Shown: piece after piece, positions 37,474 to 61,579 of the stretch | Numbering within the stretch: the stretch's first letter is position 1 | Layout of the letters: every line of letters starts with the position of its first letter | Assembly: GCA_051294375.1 (NCBI GenBank) | Contig: CM119264.1 | Location: 18,209,454-18,273,453, forward strand | Length of the DNA: 64,000 nucleotides | Source of the DNA: Paraspadella gotoi | Taxonomy: Eukaryota > Animalia > Chaetognatha | Direction: 5' to 3' | Program-made: the position numbers and the translations under genes | Notes under the pieces: generated by a model | The model's input: the letters and a program-made list of their open reading frames with translations, nothing else | The model's database searches: none | Told to the model about the DNA's origin: nothing

Positions 37474-39224
37474 AAAAAAAAGGAAAGAAAGTAAAAGAGT
37501 AAAAGTTGCGTGCTGTTTAAAAAATAAATAAAAAATGAGTGATAATCTTGTCTTCGGGGATAAAAAGAGCATCAAACGAACTTCGCTTTTCACTATTTTC
37601 GGTTGTAACAGTTTTTCATAACCACCCAGGAAATGATTTTTTTTTATGTTTTAAGTTCGGACGGAAGGCTTCGTATTTGATCGAAGTACGTAATTATCCC
37701 CGATCATCCAAATCGAATAGGTCCGGAAAAAATTGAAAATATTTTTATTTTAACTTAGTGTAAGAGTATATGGTTAATTCGTTATGGTTATGGTTAATAT
37801 TCCATTTTCCAATTTGGATTTATTTGTTTGAATCAAGGGTTTTTCATCAAAATTTAAAAGTTACTACTAGTAGTGTGTATGAATTGGCGGTTTTTATTTC
37901 TTGTGGTTTTCTACGGTATGCGTCAAACTAATGAAATGGATTGTAAAATTACGCAGTTGTGTGTCTTCGTTGCTCAGCGTAACCAAATGAGGACCGCAGA
38001 TGAGTCTGAGGAAAAGAGTGATTCATAAAACAAAACTAAAAAAAAAGGATAAATAAATAAAAAACAAACAGAAAACTCGAACAAAAGTTAAAAAAATATA
38101 GTTAAACTTCTTTTTCTTGTTTTTCATTTTCTTTTTTGGTTTTTATATTTTCGTTTTCGCGGAGTAAATCCGCTTCGAATGTGACGGTTATGAATTGGAA
38201 AAGGGGAGATCCGGCTGGCGGTTGTCGTCGTGAGTTTCCTCTCCCCGATCCTTCCCTTCGCCCGATTATCACCAAGTCGATCGAGGATTTCACGCCCGAT
38301 CCGCCTTTCGACCACCCTCACTGTGAAAGAGAAAGTTCCGGTACTGCTTCCTGACCCTTCGGCGAGACTAACGGCACCACTGACCCATAAGCTTCTTCTT
38401 TCACCCCAGCCCCGCAATCCAAGCTTCTTCTTTCACCCCAGCCCCGCACCCCAATCTCCTTTTACAACTCCCAATATCCTCCCAGATCTTTTCTTATCGA
38501 GCGTCCGTTCTCCTTCCCCCCCCGCTCCTCCCCCTCCTCCAAACCCCGTCGAGGACTCCGACTCTTCGGCACCAGAAAGCGAGGCGAGTGTCGAGGGTTA
38601 AAGTCCCGTCAAAACTTTCTCACGATTTTAAAAATGAATCTCATCTCTCGTTTCATCACCTCAAAGCTTTTCTCATTCTCTCTGGTGCTAAGTGCTTATA
38701 TCCCAATCTTATTTTCTCTTTTTTTTTCACCTGATCTCATCTGGTCTCAACTCATCATATGTTATCATTCGTAGACTCAACACGGAACCCGAAAAGAACC
38801 CGTGGCGCCGTTTGCTGCCAAAAATTACCCCCCCTAAAAATTATTATCTTTTAAAAAAAAAAAAAAAAATTTCTTCTTAATATTCTAGAATCTCGCAACG
38901 ATTCTCTGGGGGGCGTTGTCACTTTTTTTTATTCTGTGTGATAACAGTTGCGCGACTTCAACTTCAAAGAGTTTGATTCAGAAAAAGAATAATGAATGCG
39001 CTAAAAAGTGAATAACTAAACAAGAAAGCCAAACCGATAGACTGTTCGATATTTTACTTTGTATATGAAACAAAAACAGTGAATGGAATTTTAAAACTCG
39101 AGTCTTGAAAGCAATAATATGATTATTTTCATTTTTTTGCGTTGGGCGGCTGCCCAAAAGCCAACAGATTGGAAATTAATACTTAAGAATGTTCCCAGTG
39201 GCATCGTCGTTAAAAGTTACATTC

Positions 39225-39244
39225 AAGTCGAAACATGTCCCGTT
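39225..39244 (+). repeat. 3' half of the hammerhead repeat
   Basis: AAGTC GAAA CATG TC CCGTT followed by a related AT-rich tail. The CTGATGA half is missing. Confidence 0.5.
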
Positions 39245-39955
39245 TATGTATTAAATATCATTGTTGTTAAAAAAAAAGAAAAATTGTTTTTGTTAATAAT
39301 TAAAAACACAACCAAAAGAAAGAATCAATAAACAATCAAAGATATTAGAAATTATCATCTAAAATAAAGTTTAATAGATAAACACTTATACGTACTACAT
39401 CATTAAATGTCTATTTAATAATGATAATTAATGACATATGATGTAAATAAAAATTACAAAAATATAAAATGAATAAATTATAATTTTTTTTTATTTAATA
39501 AAAAATATTTTTTGGATAAAACTTCAAGTTTAATAGTGAATCGTGGTTTCGATGTCTTAAGTATCCGAGAATTCGAGAGAAAGAGAAAAAAAGTTGAGTA
39601 AACAGATTTAAAGAAGGCGAGAAATGGTTAATGTTCCCTTTGAAACTGGCGTTGGCTCGTTTTTGTCTCTAAGGATCACTCTATTCTAAATCCACCCTAA
39701 TCTTTGGTCTCGAACGAAAAAAAAGAGAGAATATTAATCGGGGGAAACAATTGTAAGGAATGTAAGCCGCGTTTGTTGGAAAGAAGGGAAAGAAGGTAAA
39801 TAAAGAAAGCAGATACAGAGAAAAGAAAAATATAGAAAGAAATATAGAAGGAAAGTAAGATATAAAAACCTCAAAAAAAGGCCGACCGAAACCAAAAAAT
39901 AAAAAAATTCAAAAATAAATAAATTAATAAATAAATTAAATAATTATATAATTAA

Positions 39956-39989
<34 letters not shown>

Positions 39990-40367
39990 AAATAAATAAA
40001 TAATAAATAAATAAATAAATAATAAATAAAAAAATATAAAAGAAATAAATGAATAAAAAATAAAAAAGAGAGAAAGAAATAAAGATAAGGAACAGAAAGA
40101 AAGAAAGAAAAAGAGTGAGAGACAAGAGTTTATTACGACATCCAAGGCAACCGTAGGCCGTGAGAATTCGCGTCGTTTTTGGTTCCTTTTTTTTTTCATT
40201 TTTTATCGCTCTTATTTTTTTTTTTTTTTTTCGTTCGCGATTTTTCGACGAACTTTGTTCACTTTTTTCCTATTTATCGGTTTTTTTTTCTCTCTTAAAC
40301 AAAAGATTTCAACCTGGAATCGCGAAGGATCGAATTTAGAACGAGGTTTCAATCGTGACGAGGAAAC

Positions 40368-40410
<43 letters not shown>

Positions 40411-40759
40411 CACGAATTCGATTTTGAACTTCCGCCATTCGATCGACGTCAAAAAAAGATTTCATGTACTTTACATTCTTAATTTTAGATTTAATAACTT
40501 AAACTTCATTATTTTTTATTCTCAATCGTAACTTAATAAAACATTTTTTCAGGACTCAAAAAGATTAGTGAGAAAAATAGGCAGGCTCGAGACGGGTCGG
40601 GACTGGCCCGCCACTGGGTGCAGGTAAAAAGATAAATGAAAGACGCAAATAGGAAGTTAAGTCAGAGTTTAGTAATGCAATTCGAAGGATTGATAATCAG
40701 AGATAAGGAATGTGAAAAAACGCGTGGGACACATAGCACTCTTGATAGCGGCCCCGGTA

Positions 40760-40812
<53 letters not shown>

Positions 40813-41157
40813 GAGAGAGAGAGAGAGAGAGAATGTACATCGTTAATTCGGCGAGAAACACGATTTCTTGTTTTCTTAAACGGGCGATAATACAATGTTA
40901 ATAACCTCTCGACAATCGTAATGGGTCGATGAGAGAAAGTTAAACAAATGTTCGTCTGGCTTTTTTTCCCATTTTTTTGTCGATCCTTGAATGGGTTTGG
41001 TTCTGGTGGTTAATTGAATGATTGATCAGTAAATGAGAAGACTGTTTGATTGGTTTGTTTATTTGTTTTAGATGTTTATTTGTTAAAAATCGCAATTCGG
41101 AAAAGTTAAAGCGATATAAAGAAGAATAATCGTTCGACCGAAGTCGCTCCTCCTTCC

Positions 41158-41243
<86 letters not shown>

Positions 41244-41753
41244 CTTTTTACGAATTTCGAGTTCTTCGAATTCCAGGGTGGTTCATCGTTGTCATCATCA
41301 TCATCATCATCATCATCATCTTCGTCGTCCTCGTCGTCGTCGTCGTCGTCGTCGTCATTTTCAATATCGTTTTCTTTACTCATCTTAGTTATCGTAAATG
41401 TTCTTTCGGGTTAATTAGTTTATATCATTGTCAGCCTCATTGTCAACATTTTATTTTACCCAAAGGCAATAGAAAGACGTTGGTGGCGGCATCGGCGTCT
41501 TGTCTGATGACGACGTTGACGACAACCATGACGACGACGACGACGACGTTCTAGTTACGAATTTTTAAAAGTTAAAAAAGAAAAATTGAAGCGAAGTCGT
41601 CGGTGTGCTTATCTCTCGTCGAAACAATCATTTATCTTTTTTAAAATTCCATTTGCCAATAACTCTCGGTGTAATCTGACGTCTCCGTCTTTTTCGTCGT
41701 CGACGTAATACTTTTTATGTTCCAACGAACATTCGACCCTGAGAATCTTGAGT

Positions 41754-41828
<75 letters not shown>

Positions 41829-41983
41829 CGACGAGAAAATGTTTTTGTTCTTTTGTTTAGGATTAAGTTTACTCCATTCACAAAAACGAAATTTTTCTCT
41901 TTTGTTTTGCTTTGCGATCTCAAACAAGAAGAGAATATGTGAGAAAAATCTTTTCCATAACAGGAGGGATCGACGTGGCGCCG

Positions 41984-42017
<34 letters not shown>

Positions 42018-42030
42018 AGAGAGAGAGAGA

Positions 42031-42074
<44 letters not shown>

Positions 42075-43591
42075 CGCAAGAACAAGAACAAGAAAAGGCC
42101 GGGCATTTTTCTCCTAATCAGTCACTTCCGGTGGATCGAGGAGACTAGACCAATGAACAGCGAAGATCGAGGATCGAGTCAGCCAATCACGAATCGAATT
42201 TTCCACGTGATCCTCTTAGAAGAAGAAAGAAGAGGAGGAATGAGAAGAGGAAGAAGAAGAGGGAATGCAAAGAGGGCGGAGTTTGGGCGGCGGCCGCGGC
42301 TGCCGCGGCTGTCGCTGCGTCGGAGGGGGTTTTGACGATGCTGCCGGAATCTCTTCGGCAGTTGCTGCAGCAAATAACGCCGACAACGTGCTTGGCTGCA
42401 TTGTTTGTTTCATTTGCCATTTGTAATCATGATTTTTTTAGGTTTCCATCATCCTAACGATCATAATTGTTACAATCAATTAATCGTCATTGTCATTATC
42501 ATTGTCATTGTCATCGTCATTTTCATCGTCATTTTCATTTTCATTTTCATTTTCATCGTCAATTTAGCCGAATTTAAGATCTCTCCGAATTTTCGAATAA
42601 AACGAAAGATTCTGCACTGTTAATTTAATATTTATTTAAAAGCCCTGGTCTAAAAATTATGAGTAAATCTTTCCGTATCTTATCCTTCTGATTTATTTTC
42701 TGATATTTTTACTTTTTCGTGAACTTTCTTATTAATTTTATTTCCCATATTTATCAAAGTTGCTAAACGTTTTAAATGAAAATTTATAGTTCTTCGTTTC
42801 AAGTTGAAATACGGTCAGATTTTCGAGAAAAAAATTAAGTGAATAAGGAAAAAATTAATTAAATACTAGATGCACGTAAAAACTTTATAAATACGACGAC
42901 GTTTTCGTACGGGGCGACCTCCGTCCGTCAATTTAAAATAATTAGTCAGTGAAAGCGTGAGGTGAGAGATAAAGAGAGAGAGAGATTGATTAAGAGAGAC
43001 TTCGAGTAAAGGATGGAGATGAAGGAGAGACGACGATGAGAGGAGGAGAGATCGTAGGAGACATAGGTAGGAGTGGTAGAGACTCTGCTGAGAAGAGCGA
43101 GTTGGGAGTATGATTGAGGATGGGGTGGCGGGATTGGAATGCGCTGACGATGGGATCTCGTGGAGAGAGAGAGAGAGAGAGAAAGAAAGAAAGAGAGAGA
43201 GAAAGAGAGAATGTTTTATTGATCTATGTAAAAAACGAAAATAAGAATTACAATTATAAATCAGTTGCCGAATTTAAAATGAAAATGTTTGTCAATGAGA
43301 CAAAAAATGGTTGGTCGGTGAGACAAATTAAGTCGGAACCGCGGAACTCATCGCACCAAAAACATCCTTTTCGTAACCCTACCGCGACCGCGCTTCCCAT
43401 TCACGACATTAGATCAAACGGGCGAGCGGTGAATCCAAAGAAATCCCCCTTTCGTCTTGTGAGGCGAAAGGGAAGAAGAAGTATCTTCGGAAATCCATCG
43501 CGAAAACGTGGGAATTCGAGAAGAAAAAAAAAGGAGAAAAGAAAAGCAAAGACAAACTTCCTCTGCTCCACTTTGAAGCCAACAAAGGATG

Positions 43592-43682
<91 letters not shown>

Positions 43683-44076
43683 ATATTCCACTCTTTTTGA
43701 GAGCCATTGCGTCGCCATCAGAGCCGGCACCCCGCGGGTCAGGCCGTGACGTAATGTGACGTCACGTCGGCAAACAAGGCAAAAAAAATTTTTCTCCCGG
43801 TTTCTCCTTTTATATCTTTTTTTCATTTTCATTTTTATTTCTTTAATAATTTTTTTTTTCGATCGATAAAAATACCAACCATTTTTTTTTCAAAAGTATA
43901 TGTTTACAATTTAAAAAAGACCTCTGCGTACATACCGATTTCTCTCCGATATGATTTGATTTAAATTATAATTAAAATAAAATTATTATATATTATATAC
44001 TGTTTTATAATCATAATTATATATTAATTACCTTTTATTTCCGAAATTGTCCCTATTATCTGCGACTACGATCCAA

Positions 44077-44141
44077 CCGGAAGTGCGTTGGCCGGAAGTA
44101 AACGGTGAGCCGGAAGTGAGACCGGAAGCGAGTCCGGAAGT
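44077..44141 (+). promoter_or_regulatory. Cluster of five ETS/GABP-type CCGGAAG(T) motifs
   Basis: CCGGAAG at 44077, 44092, 44110, 44122 and 44134. A CRE (TGACGTCA) lies at ~43757. Confidence 0.5.
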
Positions 44142-44537
44142 GAGGGTCTCGATTTCAGCGATTCCATCGACGGTTCGTGAGGCAGCGTCTTTTGTTTGTT
44201 TCTCTTCTTTAGTTTTAATCGTTTATATTTTATTCATTCAAATCAGAACCAATACATACATTTCCGAGAAGTATTTTTTTTTTCTTCAAGATTGTCGGCG
44301 TCCAAGTCGATTAAAATTTAATGGCATTAAAAATAAAGTTGTAGAAAGAAAAAAAAAAGAATTTTTTTTTGAGTAAACTTTGTCCGATTGTGTGTGTTTT
44401 GCATAGCGGATTTCTCGAACTGCCGAAATCTTCGTCGTCGTCACCGTCGTCGACGTCGTCATCGGGACTCGGGAGTGAAAAGTCTCTTCCCTCTTCGTTC
44501 TTCCAGTCGGAACGTCGTCGTCGCCGCCGCCTTCGAA

Positions 44538-44575
<38 letters not shown>

Positions 44576-44632
44576 AGGCCTCGATGGCTGAACGAAATAA
44601 GAATATCGAATCGTCACTCTGCGGAGCTCCGG

Positions 44633-44755
<123 letters not shown>

Positions 44756-46169
44756 CCCGTGTCTCTCTCTCGCTCTTTCCCATCTCTTATAGATCTTAAT
44801 TCCTCTCTCGATTTGTTTTGGCGTTTTTCTGTTTATCTCTCATCGGAGGTTTTCTCCCCAACTTTTCTTTCTTCTCTTCCTTCCGTCCTGTTTTCTTCGG
44901 GACGTGATTAGTGTGGCCCGATACAAGAAAGTGAGCAAATTATACTATGAGACAAATTTTGGGGAGGAGAATTATAGTAATTGAGAGCGAGCTCCCAGCG
45001 TACTCTTCTTGGAGGTTTCATGAATTACAAGTTGCGATTCACAACTTGTTTATTTCGTCTATAAATTGTTTCCGAATGATAACAAAATTGGCTGCAACAG
45101 CTTATAATAAGGTTTCATCGAGCTATCAAAAGAGTGAAGCTAAAGAGTTACAAAACTTAATTGCAATACAAAAATAACATTGTATTTTTAGGCGGTGGCC
45201 CAACGAGGTAAGAAAAAAGGGTGTGAACTGAGCATTTAATATCAAGCGGGGTGGTCTTCGTTCCAGCCCCCCCGAAAAAAGGGTGGGAATTTGAACACCG
45301 CAAACACTCTGGCGCGAAATTTCGATCTGTAAGTTAAATAAAAACAATACATGGAAGAAGATTGAAAAATCCATTAAATCCTTCTTACCTTCAACAATGT
45401 AATCTATGTTTTTAAAGGAAAGTCGATTTCAAGGACATATCATAATTTTGGAATAACGGGGTTTCTACAATGTTTTTAATATTTAAAATTCTCTTTCTAA
45501 ATTTTTAAAGTAACGAAAGTGGAGTTTTTTATTCTATTCTCAATGAAAAGAAAAATATTTATGAAAAAAAAACTACTTTTTAAAGTTTACGGCCAAAACC
45601 GGAAAAAAAAGGAATTCCACCAAATCATCGAACCGAAGCGAAGCGAAGATCCGCGTCGTCGGCTGAAAAAAACATTTAAAAAAACACAAAAAAAACACAC
45701 AAAAAAAAAGAAAACAAAAGATGAAATTAAAGGAAAAAGAAAGTAATATTTTCCTAGTTTAATCGAAGTAGAAGGGTGGATAAGACAAAACGAAAAAAGG
45801 GAGGAGGAGGAAGTACAGATGAGGAAGTTAGAGAGAGAGAGAGAGAGAGAGAGAAGAGCGGAGAGAAAGAGAGATGAGAGAGAGAGAGAGAGAGAGCGGT
45901 TTGTATGACGTGGATGGTCCTAAAGTTGTTTATTGTTTTCCTGAATAAGAAAGTTGATTTCTGTCGTAAATTTGAGACCATTCGAAAGCGATACGTGACA
46001 AATTCAAAAAACACACTAAAGCGTTACTAAGTTACATCAAACCGTACAGGTTGGGGGAAGGTATAAGTGGGTGACGGATACCACTGCGAAATATTGTGAA
46101 ATGCTTTGAAATATTGGGAAATATTCTCAAAATAACGACTCACATCGTCTCGTGTGTTTTCTCTTAATT

Positions 46170-46237
<68 letters not shown>

Positions 46238-47296
46238 AACTGCGGAACAAAAGGTTCCATCTCCGATCTCGATACGTCCGTCCGGCGGGCTTGAATGGAA
46301 AGACCGCTTCGACCTCGACATCGGTAGTTTTTCTTGCGCACGACATCTTTTAATTATAAGAAAAAAAAGAAAAGAAGCTGTTGCGTCACCGGACTACGTC
46401 ACGAACGGGGTTCTTAAAAATCCTTCTCATGAAGGACTCCAATGATTCTCAAAAATGAAGATCGATCACGAGATTTCGGATCGAAGATTTCAAGTTAAAA
46501 AAATTTTGAAATTTGGCGCGCGAGGATTCGAAATCCTTTGTCTCAGAAATCCTTTGTTTGCGCGGAACCCGCATGTGAGGGGCGGGGGGGGGGACAAAGC
46601 GGTTTTAAACGGAAGCGATTTGAGGTTGAATCGACGTTTAATCTCGCCTTTGATTTTAAGATTTTTAAAATTGGACATATATAGCAAACATTTAAAGTCG
46701 AGATTTTACATTCTCCAAACAAATTAAAAATTATCTGATTTATCTTATTTTTTAACAACCTTTATATTAACATTTCAGAATCCCAGTCAATCCAATAGTT
46801 CCTTCTGGATGCGCAGTGCAATTTTTAAATTGTTTTAATCTCATGCAAGTAATAAAAAATATCAGAAGAAAGAATATTGGTCATAAATAATTCAATTTTT
46901 TTCACATTTCGTTTTGCTGTGGAGTTTAAAAAAATCATTGCTCCCAAACGGATAGCCCGTTATGAAATTTATGCCAAACTCTTCATCTTTTTATAAAATT
47001 TAATTTACTTTTAAAATATTTTTAAAAAATTAAAGAATACAGGGTGATATTAAGTAAGTACATACTTTTTCTTATAATTTTTCTCTTGTTATTCTATTAT
47101 TCAAGGTGAAAAAAACAACATTTGAAAGTTCAATAGGCAAAAGTACAAGCGCACTTTTACAAAGATACCTAAATTAAAACCTATAAAACTGATTTTTATT
47201 GAAATCCGGAGAGTATTCGAGAGTACAGTAAAGTTTCATGCGACCTTTGACCGCCTCATCCGCTTTCTCACACTTCTTCTTTCTTAGCTTCTTCTT

Positions 47297-47353
<57 letters not shown>

Positions 47354-47967
47354 AACGAACCGGAAGTTAAGAGGGGAAGAGGGTGAAAGATTAGATAATT
47401 CAAGATCGAAGGCCAATGCAATCGTGAAAACGAAAGAGTGAGAAAACCGAACGAAATATCTTTTCACGCGAGGAGTTTTCTGTTTTTACACCTTTGCAAT
47501 TAGCAAAGAATTTTCTCCTTCCCTCAGGTCCTCGTTCTCCTTTTCTAAAAAAGGAGATTCCAACTGGCATTTTATTCGTCCTTGAAAAATCCTTCGCCAA
47601 ATACCCTAACGAATCTGATTTCAGCCTTGGAAATCTTGATTCTTCAGCCTTCACCCTCCTTCTGCCATCTCCCTATAAAAATCCGGATCTCTTTTTATCT
47701 CTCTCTCTCTCTCTGCTGCTTTGGTAGAAATCACTCTGACACAAAAAGTCATATCCCCAAAATTCGATTTCCCCCGCTATCAATTGACCCCGTTGATTGA
47801 GGTACCCCTGGGGGCAGACGAAAGGGAAAGGAAGTGACTGTAATCCAGAAACGACTGGCCACGAATCCGCAAAAATCATCTCTCTCTCGCTCTCTCTCTT
47901 TCTCTCTGTGTCTCGCCCCGACAATCTATATCGGGGTTGAGGGTTTTAGCCCGCAGCCAGTCATATC

Positions 47968-48110
<143 letters not shown>

Positions 48111-48194
48111 ACTTGCCAACCGCTGGCGTCAGTCGTATCAAATGAATCAAAAGAAAGAATGCCGTTCAAAGCGAGGAGTTGATTTCTCGCAGGG

Positions 48195-48320
48195 TGATTG
48201 GCCCAAGCGTCGTTTCAACCTATCTGATTGGTTCAAATGGCGGACCTCCCAGTTCGTGCAGCTTTGGCGGCACAAAGGGCCCGATTGGAGGTTCCCTACG
48301 ATTCAAAGCTCCTGATTGGA
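48195..48320. promoter_or_regulatory. Cluster of four same-orientation CCAAT (NF-Y-like) boxes
   Basis: GATTGG with ATTGG at 48197, 48227, 48284 and 48315 (spacing 30, 57, 31), flanked on both sides by GAGA tracts. Confidence 0.5.
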
Positions 48321-48359
48321 CGAAAAAGTTTTTCCCTTTTTTGGGGAGCGCTTTAGGTC

Positions 48360-48458
<99 letters not shown>

Positions 48459-49453
48459 GCATATCCTGAATTGAACAAAGGAGGTCAGAAAACAGGAAGT
48501 GGACCTGTTGATTTAGAATGAATGGCCCCGTCGAACCCGGATTCGTCGTTGCCATCGTCATCGTCTTTGCCATCGTCATCGTCATCGTCTTCGCCATCGT
48601 CGTGGTCGTCGGGTCAAAATCCGATATTCAAATAAAAAGAGGAATCCTTTTTCGGTCCGCGGGTCGATCTCTCTTTCAACGCGATTTGCTTCTTTCGGTT
48701 TTCTTTCTTTTTGTTAGACCAATTTCGAAGGGACGGCGTCTTCCGTAACTAAGATTCACCGACCACAATCCCAATGCTCCTGCAACACTAAATCCATTTC
48801 TAACCAATCCCCACCAACCCAGCTCGAGTCCCCCCTCTCCCCTTTTTCAATCTTCAAAACCGAAAACCCTCTAGTACGCATTGAACTCCCGAGTGGTCGT
48901 TGTTGTTGTTGCTGAAACGACCACTGGATGATCCCGTTTTTCCCGAACGAATGGGAAAAAAAGAAACGATAGAATAGCAAAGTCGGCCGACGCCTCGACT
49001 CGACCACCCAGGGGCCTTTACGGTTGCCATGGTTTCGAACGGTGGTTGTTTCTTGGTATTTCTCTTCGCGAGAGGCTCACGGATTATCGAGTCGACGACG
49101 GAGAAGAAAACAACGGGATTCGTTTCCACTTTTTTTTTTCGAAGGAGAAGAAGAAACGAAGGAGAGAATTTGGGTTTAAAGAGTCGAGGATCAAATATCG
49201 AATTGACTTCGAACTTCGAGCACCCAAAATATCGCGACGACAGTCTATGGGTCTGAGAAAAGAATAGCTTCGGGGATCTCCGTGAAGGTAGGTGAACCGT
49301 TGAGTCTTCTGGACAACAAAGAATCATACATACCCAAACCTCGACAATGCAGTATGCAATGCATGTGTCTCGCTATGCTATGGTATGCCATGGTTTGCTA
49401 TGCTATGAAGGGCTAGACCCGATTTAATCAATAATATTTTATCAGATAGTTTC

Positions 49454-49642
49454 GTTGAGTAAGGTGATTAGCAACAAAAAAAACTAATTTGAGATTCGAC
49501 AACGATTTGTTTATTTATGAACGGACATGTTTCGACTTTGTTTTCAAACGCTGATGAAGACTTGAAAACAAAGTCGAAACTTATCAGTTCATAAATCAAC
49601 AAATCATTGTTGAATCTCAAATTCGTTTTTTTTTTTTTGCTA
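49454..49642. mobile_element. Hammerhead-centred palindromic insertion (Penelope-like pLTR remnant) with 13-bp TSD
   Basis: Inverted arms ~49466-49547 / 49562-49645. Plus-strand HHR AACG CTGATGA A GACTTG-AAAA-CAAAGTC GAAA CTTA TC AGTT (49547-49589); the inverted arm retains GAAACATGTCCGTT. Direct repeat ATCAGATAGTTTC at 49441-49453 and 49643-49655. Confidence 0.75.
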
Positions 49643-49920
49643 ATCAGATAGTTTCCAAAACAATTCATCATCATAACCGCGACCGGGGCTTTCGTTCAAA
49701 GGAGTTTTTGTCGGGACCTCTCGTCGGCCTCTCAGGGATCTTCTCGCCGCAGGTATTTCCTTTAAACGAACGTTGTTAACTAAAAAGGAATTTTAATTTC
49801 GGAATCGACCAAAACTTTTTCTTTACTTGTGACTCGAAATGATTTACCTTCGCGAAAAACCTTAAATTACTTTTCTTTTTTTTTTTTGAGTTGCCGCCGC
49901 GAATTAGGCTGCAGCTGTAA

Positions 49921-49994
<74 letters not shown>

Positions 49995-50943
49995 CATATA
50001 AAGTTTGGAAACCGAGCGTATATGATACAGCCCCGGGACCGTAGGACGTCTCGCGTCTATTAAGGGAACCAAACGAGCATTAAAATACGCCTAACCTCCG
50101 AAAAAACATTCCCGCTAATTAAGGGAGACCCGCTTCGTTCAATCCTTTTTCATCCGGTTCTGAACCTCCCCCCCCTTTTTTTTTCCAGGCGGGCATTTTC
50201 GAGGTAATCATTTTTAATGAAAGAGTTCAACAATGTCGTTGAGTCATCGTCGTCGTCGTCGTCGTCGTCGTCGTTGAAGCTCGAGTGATTATTGGCCATC
50301 ATCGCTTTGGAAGGGTTGACGTCACGCGTCCGAGATTATTACCCTGATCGAAAACTGGAAATCCTTTCCCCCACACACACACACACTTCGGGGTTTTAGG
50401 GACGAAAAGTTGTTGTTGTCGTCATCGTCGTCGGCGTCTTCTCTGACGTCAGGATAATTGTTTCGCCAGTGATTCGAATTGGGCGGCTTTCGTCATCATC
50501 GTCATCAAAAATATACTGGGACATCAATGACCGTTTTTAATCTTGTTTAGTACTTCGGATCAAGTTCAGGAACCTTTCACTGTTGCTCTCCCAAAACCAA
50601 TTCTGTTCTCAATATAACTGTTATTTTCCCCCCAATAATTGTAAGTTTGAAACAGTTGTTTTCTAATCACATTTAGGTTTTTGCTGCACGTGTCAATTAT
50701 TGGCTGCACCACTCTGCTGAACGAACGCGACACAAATTAATCTTTGCCTAGTTATCCAGGCTTTGGTACACTTGTTGCTATGATTCCCTCACCTGACCGT
50801 TTTGGGATCTTTCCCACTCTTGACAGCCTTTGGGGTCACTTGAGTTGACGGTTCTCAATTTTCCCACGCCGACGACGACGACGTTGTGACGGCGGCCTAC
50901 TAATCGACGTTTTTTTTTGCCTCAGTAATCAAAACTAATTCCC

Positions 50944-50977
<34 letters not shown>

Positions 50978-51661
50978 CGTCCCTCTGTCTGAGTTAAATC
51001 TAGTTCAAACTGACAGACGAGGGACGAATTGTAAATTGAAACGACAAAATAAGTGATTAATCGTAACTTGGTTGTTATTAAACGCGAAAGTGCGAAATCA
51101 ATTTTTTCAGTTTTTACCATATAACTGATATCTTACACGCACATAAAACGTTCTCAACAAGAGTTTAGGATCAACCCTTTGACTTAAAGACTCGCATTGA
51201 TTCGTGATGTCGCTTTCGAATTTCCGCTTCGGTCGGAACTTTCGTCCCCGAATCGACGAGGATTTCAAAAAAACGTAAACCTGTCGCGATTTTGGCATTC
51301 TTAAGGTCGGCCGCTCATTTTTGACTCTTTGTTCGAAATCATAGTCGTCGCTAATAATTGAAGGATCTTCATGAGGATAAAAAATGACTCGGAAAATCCG
51401 CCCCGTGGTTGCGAAGCGAAGAAGGAAATGATCCGACTGGTTTTTCTTTCTCGCGTTTTCGGTCACAAAGTTCTTCAAATGGCGAGTGATTAAATCCAAA
51501 AAGAATTTCGAGTATGAATCTCGCTCTCGCCCGCCAATTAACATTCCTTTCTGACTCCGAAAGGAACAATCTCACTCTTAGTTTTCCCCCAAATCAGTCA
51601 ACCATATATCGTTTGATTTTTTTAGTCGTTAACTCAGTCAGTCTGTCAGTTGGTCACTCTG

Positions 51662-51709
<48 letters not shown>

Positions 51710-51712
51710 TTT

Positions 51713-51808
<96 letters not shown>

Positions 51809-51849
51809 TTCTTTTTTTCTTATTTAAGGAATCGGTGATTTCTCGGACC

Positions 51850-61120
<9,271 letters not shown>

Positions 61121-61579
61121 TCGACGTCGGACGTTGGAGGTCCAACACCGCGATCATTTCGTCGTTGATTCGGAAAAGAGTTTTTCTTTCTCAGCTATTA
61201 TTCCTCATTTTTATTCTTTTTTTTATTCAAAGAGATAAATCAAGGATATTGGTGCTGTGCCAAATTTGCCATTAATTCTTAAGAACATTTGAATTTAAAA
61301 CGAGAAACTTTCAAATAATCATTATGAATAAGTTAAATTTTTTTTTAATCGGTGCTAAATACAATGTTGTGGCTAGAAACTGTTATATTTTAATTAAGAT
61401 TTTTAGTCTTTTATTAGTTAATTCTAAAAGTGAAATTATTCCGAGATGATATTGATGTGATGACATAAAATGCAGCTTGAACAATTTCATTAAATATAAG
61501 ATAACAAAAACCATAAAATAAGAAAAGAAAAATTTTCAATCGGGAAAAAAAGATACGGAATCGAAAAAATGGAAAGAAA

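Noticed and set aside
49023-49036. RFX X-box (GTTGCCATGGTTTC) for the putatively ciliary EF-hand gene
   Set aside because: Only one good half-site, and it is 2.8 kb upstream. Too weak to call.
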